Shown: positions 61,297 through 64,000 of the stretch, piece after piece | Position numbering within the stretch: the stretch's first letter is position 1 | Layout of the letters: the number at the start of each line of letters is the position of its first letter | From: Camelus ferus | Lineage: Eukaryota | Assembly: GCF_009834535.1 (NCBI RefSeq) | Contig: NC_045707.1 | Coordinates: 33,170,001 to 33,234,000, forward strand | DNA length: 64,000 bases | Reading direction: 5' to 3' | Made by a program: the position numbers and the translations under genes | The notes under the pieces: generated by a model | The model's database searches: none | What the model was told of the DNA's origin: nothing | What the model saw: only the letters and a program-made list of their open reading frames with translations

Positions 61297-64000
61297 AATT
61301 GGGTTCCCAATAAGTATTTGTTGACATGGCTAGAATTGGTGGTATTAGCAGAAGCAAAAATGCATTTAAGTCAGCTGGGATATAAGAACTATAAAAAGTC
61401 AGCCACAAAAACGGAAGCTACATCTGAGGTGATCTTGTCACCTGTAAGTCACCAATTGCCTTTGGGTGGTGTGAATGAGACACACAAAGCAACTGCACTT
61501 CACTGGAGGAGAGGCTGAAGATGCTCATCTCCAGAGAGAAAATCCTTAATGATGGGAGACCCTACACTTGACTTGAGTCAGGTAATTTTTAAACATCACT
61601 TGAAAAACAACTGTATAAACCTAGATTTATTGCCTACCAGGTCACCTCTAAGCAAGAAAGTAAACTCTTACGGCCTTTCACAAATAAAAAGCTTTAAAGT
61701 GAGAATTGACCAATTATATAATTGGATTGACCAATTACGACAAAGAATTATTTTTTCTCCCTACAGAACCATAACCAATACAGAGAAAAGTGGCCATTTT
61801 CACTTCATACTCGTTTGTGGAAGACAACAGATATCCCCCTTGAATGAACACTTTCTAATCAGAGATTGCATGCAAGAGCTCAAATGGCCGGCTCTACTCA
61901 TCTTCAAGTTCCATGTTGTTGATGTTTCCACAGCAGCTGTCCTTAAGGCTATTAACGGTGTTTCAGCAAAGAGCCCTAGCTTATGACATCCACCATCCAG
62001 ATGAGAATCTGAACCCGGAGAGAGGGCTTACTTCTCAGGTTACCACCGCATCACAATAGGATTAGCGTATACTTTTGAGCTGCTGTATGTCCAGCCAACA
62101 GATATCCATCTAGCTATGAGAGATTTTACCTATTTTTCAAATGTATTTCATTCTATATAGGAATTACTAGCTGGAAGATATCAAGATTAGTGGTCCTTTC
62201 TGGAAGTGCCACAACTGACTTAAGATGAAAGGTAAATTAAAATGTGAGTTTCTGGGACTCCATGGAGTCTGGAGAGAACATAAAATTGTGGGCCTAAAGG
62301 TTTAATTCTCATCTTATTAGCTGAATGGGCATTTAAGTCATTCCAAGGCTGTAAGAACTGATCTTATCTCTAAGCCCCAGGTAAGTAAGTGGTAAGTTTT
62401 ATACTGAACCATAAATTCAACTTATTTGTGGAAATGTTTGGAGACAAAAGGAATAAACCAAAATCAAATCATAAATTTCCACAAGACTTTGGAGATAGAC
62501 AAGGTGCATTGTGCAAATAAAAAAAACCAGTCCAGGCTAGGGAAAACCTATTACCATTGCCTCCCCAACCTCTTCCACGAGAACTATGTGGTGATGTGAA
62601 ATTTTTATCAGCAAGCACACTCTTGCAACAGATACAATGACCTTGATCGGGGCTATTTTGTTAGCTTTTTTGTTAACCCTGAGCTACATAGATTGAATCA
62701 TTTTGACCAAAAAGCATCCACACGAGCGAGCTAGAAGAAAGAGAAAACAAAAAACTACCTAACAAGATTCTGGTGAAACACACTACCAGAAAATTTCCAC
62801 ATTACCAAGAGTTGTACACACTCTCCTCTTGGGTTGTAGACTGCAACTTTCTGAAATCTGGTCACAGGACTTTAAGTTTGTTGATGTTTTGGCAAACATG
62901 CGTTCTCTTCTCTTCCTAAGGCATCCTCTGGAATTATTGGTCCTCAAAGCCTAAATGATGCCACTGAGGTCATATCCTATGGAGAGCACCACCAAAAACA
63001 GCAAGGTTGGTTTTAGCACCATACCCATTTCCCAGATCTCTTCCTTCCCCTACTTTTTCCTCGCACCGAGGAGACCTGGCCATCTGACATTCTCCGCAGT
63101 GTTCATACAGAAGCCTCTCTCAGCAGCACTGTCCCAGGAATTCTGTGATCACTCTTTCAGTAATCAGTGCAGTAAATCACCCAGCATGGGTGAGAAGGAC
63201 CTACAGTGGCATAGTTACTGAGAAACAAAACAGCCTTCAGCAAGCCACCTAACATCTGAGACGTCAATACCATGTCTCCCTTTGAAAGCTGGTGAGCACG
63301 GAACTTCTATTTTGCTGCAAAACACGAGGTTCCCTTGACATCTAAACTGCCTGTTTTGAGGGGAGAGGTGGGGAGACAGTGTCACAATCCCTGTGATTCA
63401 GATATGGAAAGTGGTGTTCATTTCTGAACTCTTCATGCTCTCTGTACTTGCTTGGATTTGCCTAACAGCCAGATTCCCAGAGACAGACTGCAGCAACGTC
63501 CCCCCTTCTCTCCTAATGAATTTTCAGCCCTTTCTCTGTTGAAGAGCCTAATCTCCACCTTCTTACACAAGCATACTTCTCACTTTCAGTGCTTGGTGGA
63601 AAACACAGCGTATTTGTCTTTATGTAAAATGATGTCAGGCCTCTGAGCCCTGAGTGGATTTTGAGACCTGCAATCCTTTGGGTGAGGGGAGGGGCTGTGC
63701 TGTGAAATCATGTTTTGAATCCTAAAGGTAAGAATTTTAATGAGAAACAACTGTCGAAGAAGCTCATTTTTTGAACTGGTACCACAATTTTATTTTGAAA
63801 AATGAGTTTTTGCTAAAACTGGCCAGTTTTCATCAGGGTAGGGGAGGAAGGGTCTGTTTTGAGTGGCTGAGCAGAACTGAAAATAAGTGAACACTCTTAA
63901 AGAGAAAGGACATGCTCTTGCGAAGAAACAGGAGAACGTTCAGCCATCCCACTAGGCCAGTGTTTTCCCGGCTCTGCAGCACTCTTGTAAATTTGTAAAT

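Noticed and set aside
61549-61986. 145-aa ORF as a gene
   Set aside because: It runs through a strong polypyrimidine acceptor, has no recognisable homology and its 5' half is intron-like.

Overview
Mammalian genomic DNA, probably camelid. Two tRNA-derived Vic-1-like SINEs and cetartiodactyl-type L1 3' ends support this assignment. The window is AT-rich and full of old interspersed repeats (L2, MIR, L1M, MaLR/MLT1 LTRs, hAT DNA elements, a CR1/L3 remnant), and it has five N-runs that look like assembly gaps. The clearest functional signals are two CpG islands about 9 kb apart (about 45.3-46.0 kb and 54.2-55.6 kb). The second has a canonical GC-box/CCAAT/ETS promoter and minus-strand splice donors. 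I could not recognise any protein-coding gene. The supplied ORFs are repeat-derived, gap-spanning, GC-rich island ORFs or chance ORFs. The window most likely holds a promoter region plus a long first intron or intergenic DNA. I found no convincing evidence of a new biological system. The best leads are candidate spliced exon chains, a retroposed mRNA 3' end, L1 insertions with fold-back ends, an unassigned insert inside MER20B, a 41-bp GC-rich minisatellite and immune-type enhancer motifs. Repeat family names come from recalled consensus sequences, not from a database search. Most repeat boundaries are approximate (+/- tens of bp) unless a TSD or terminus is quoted.
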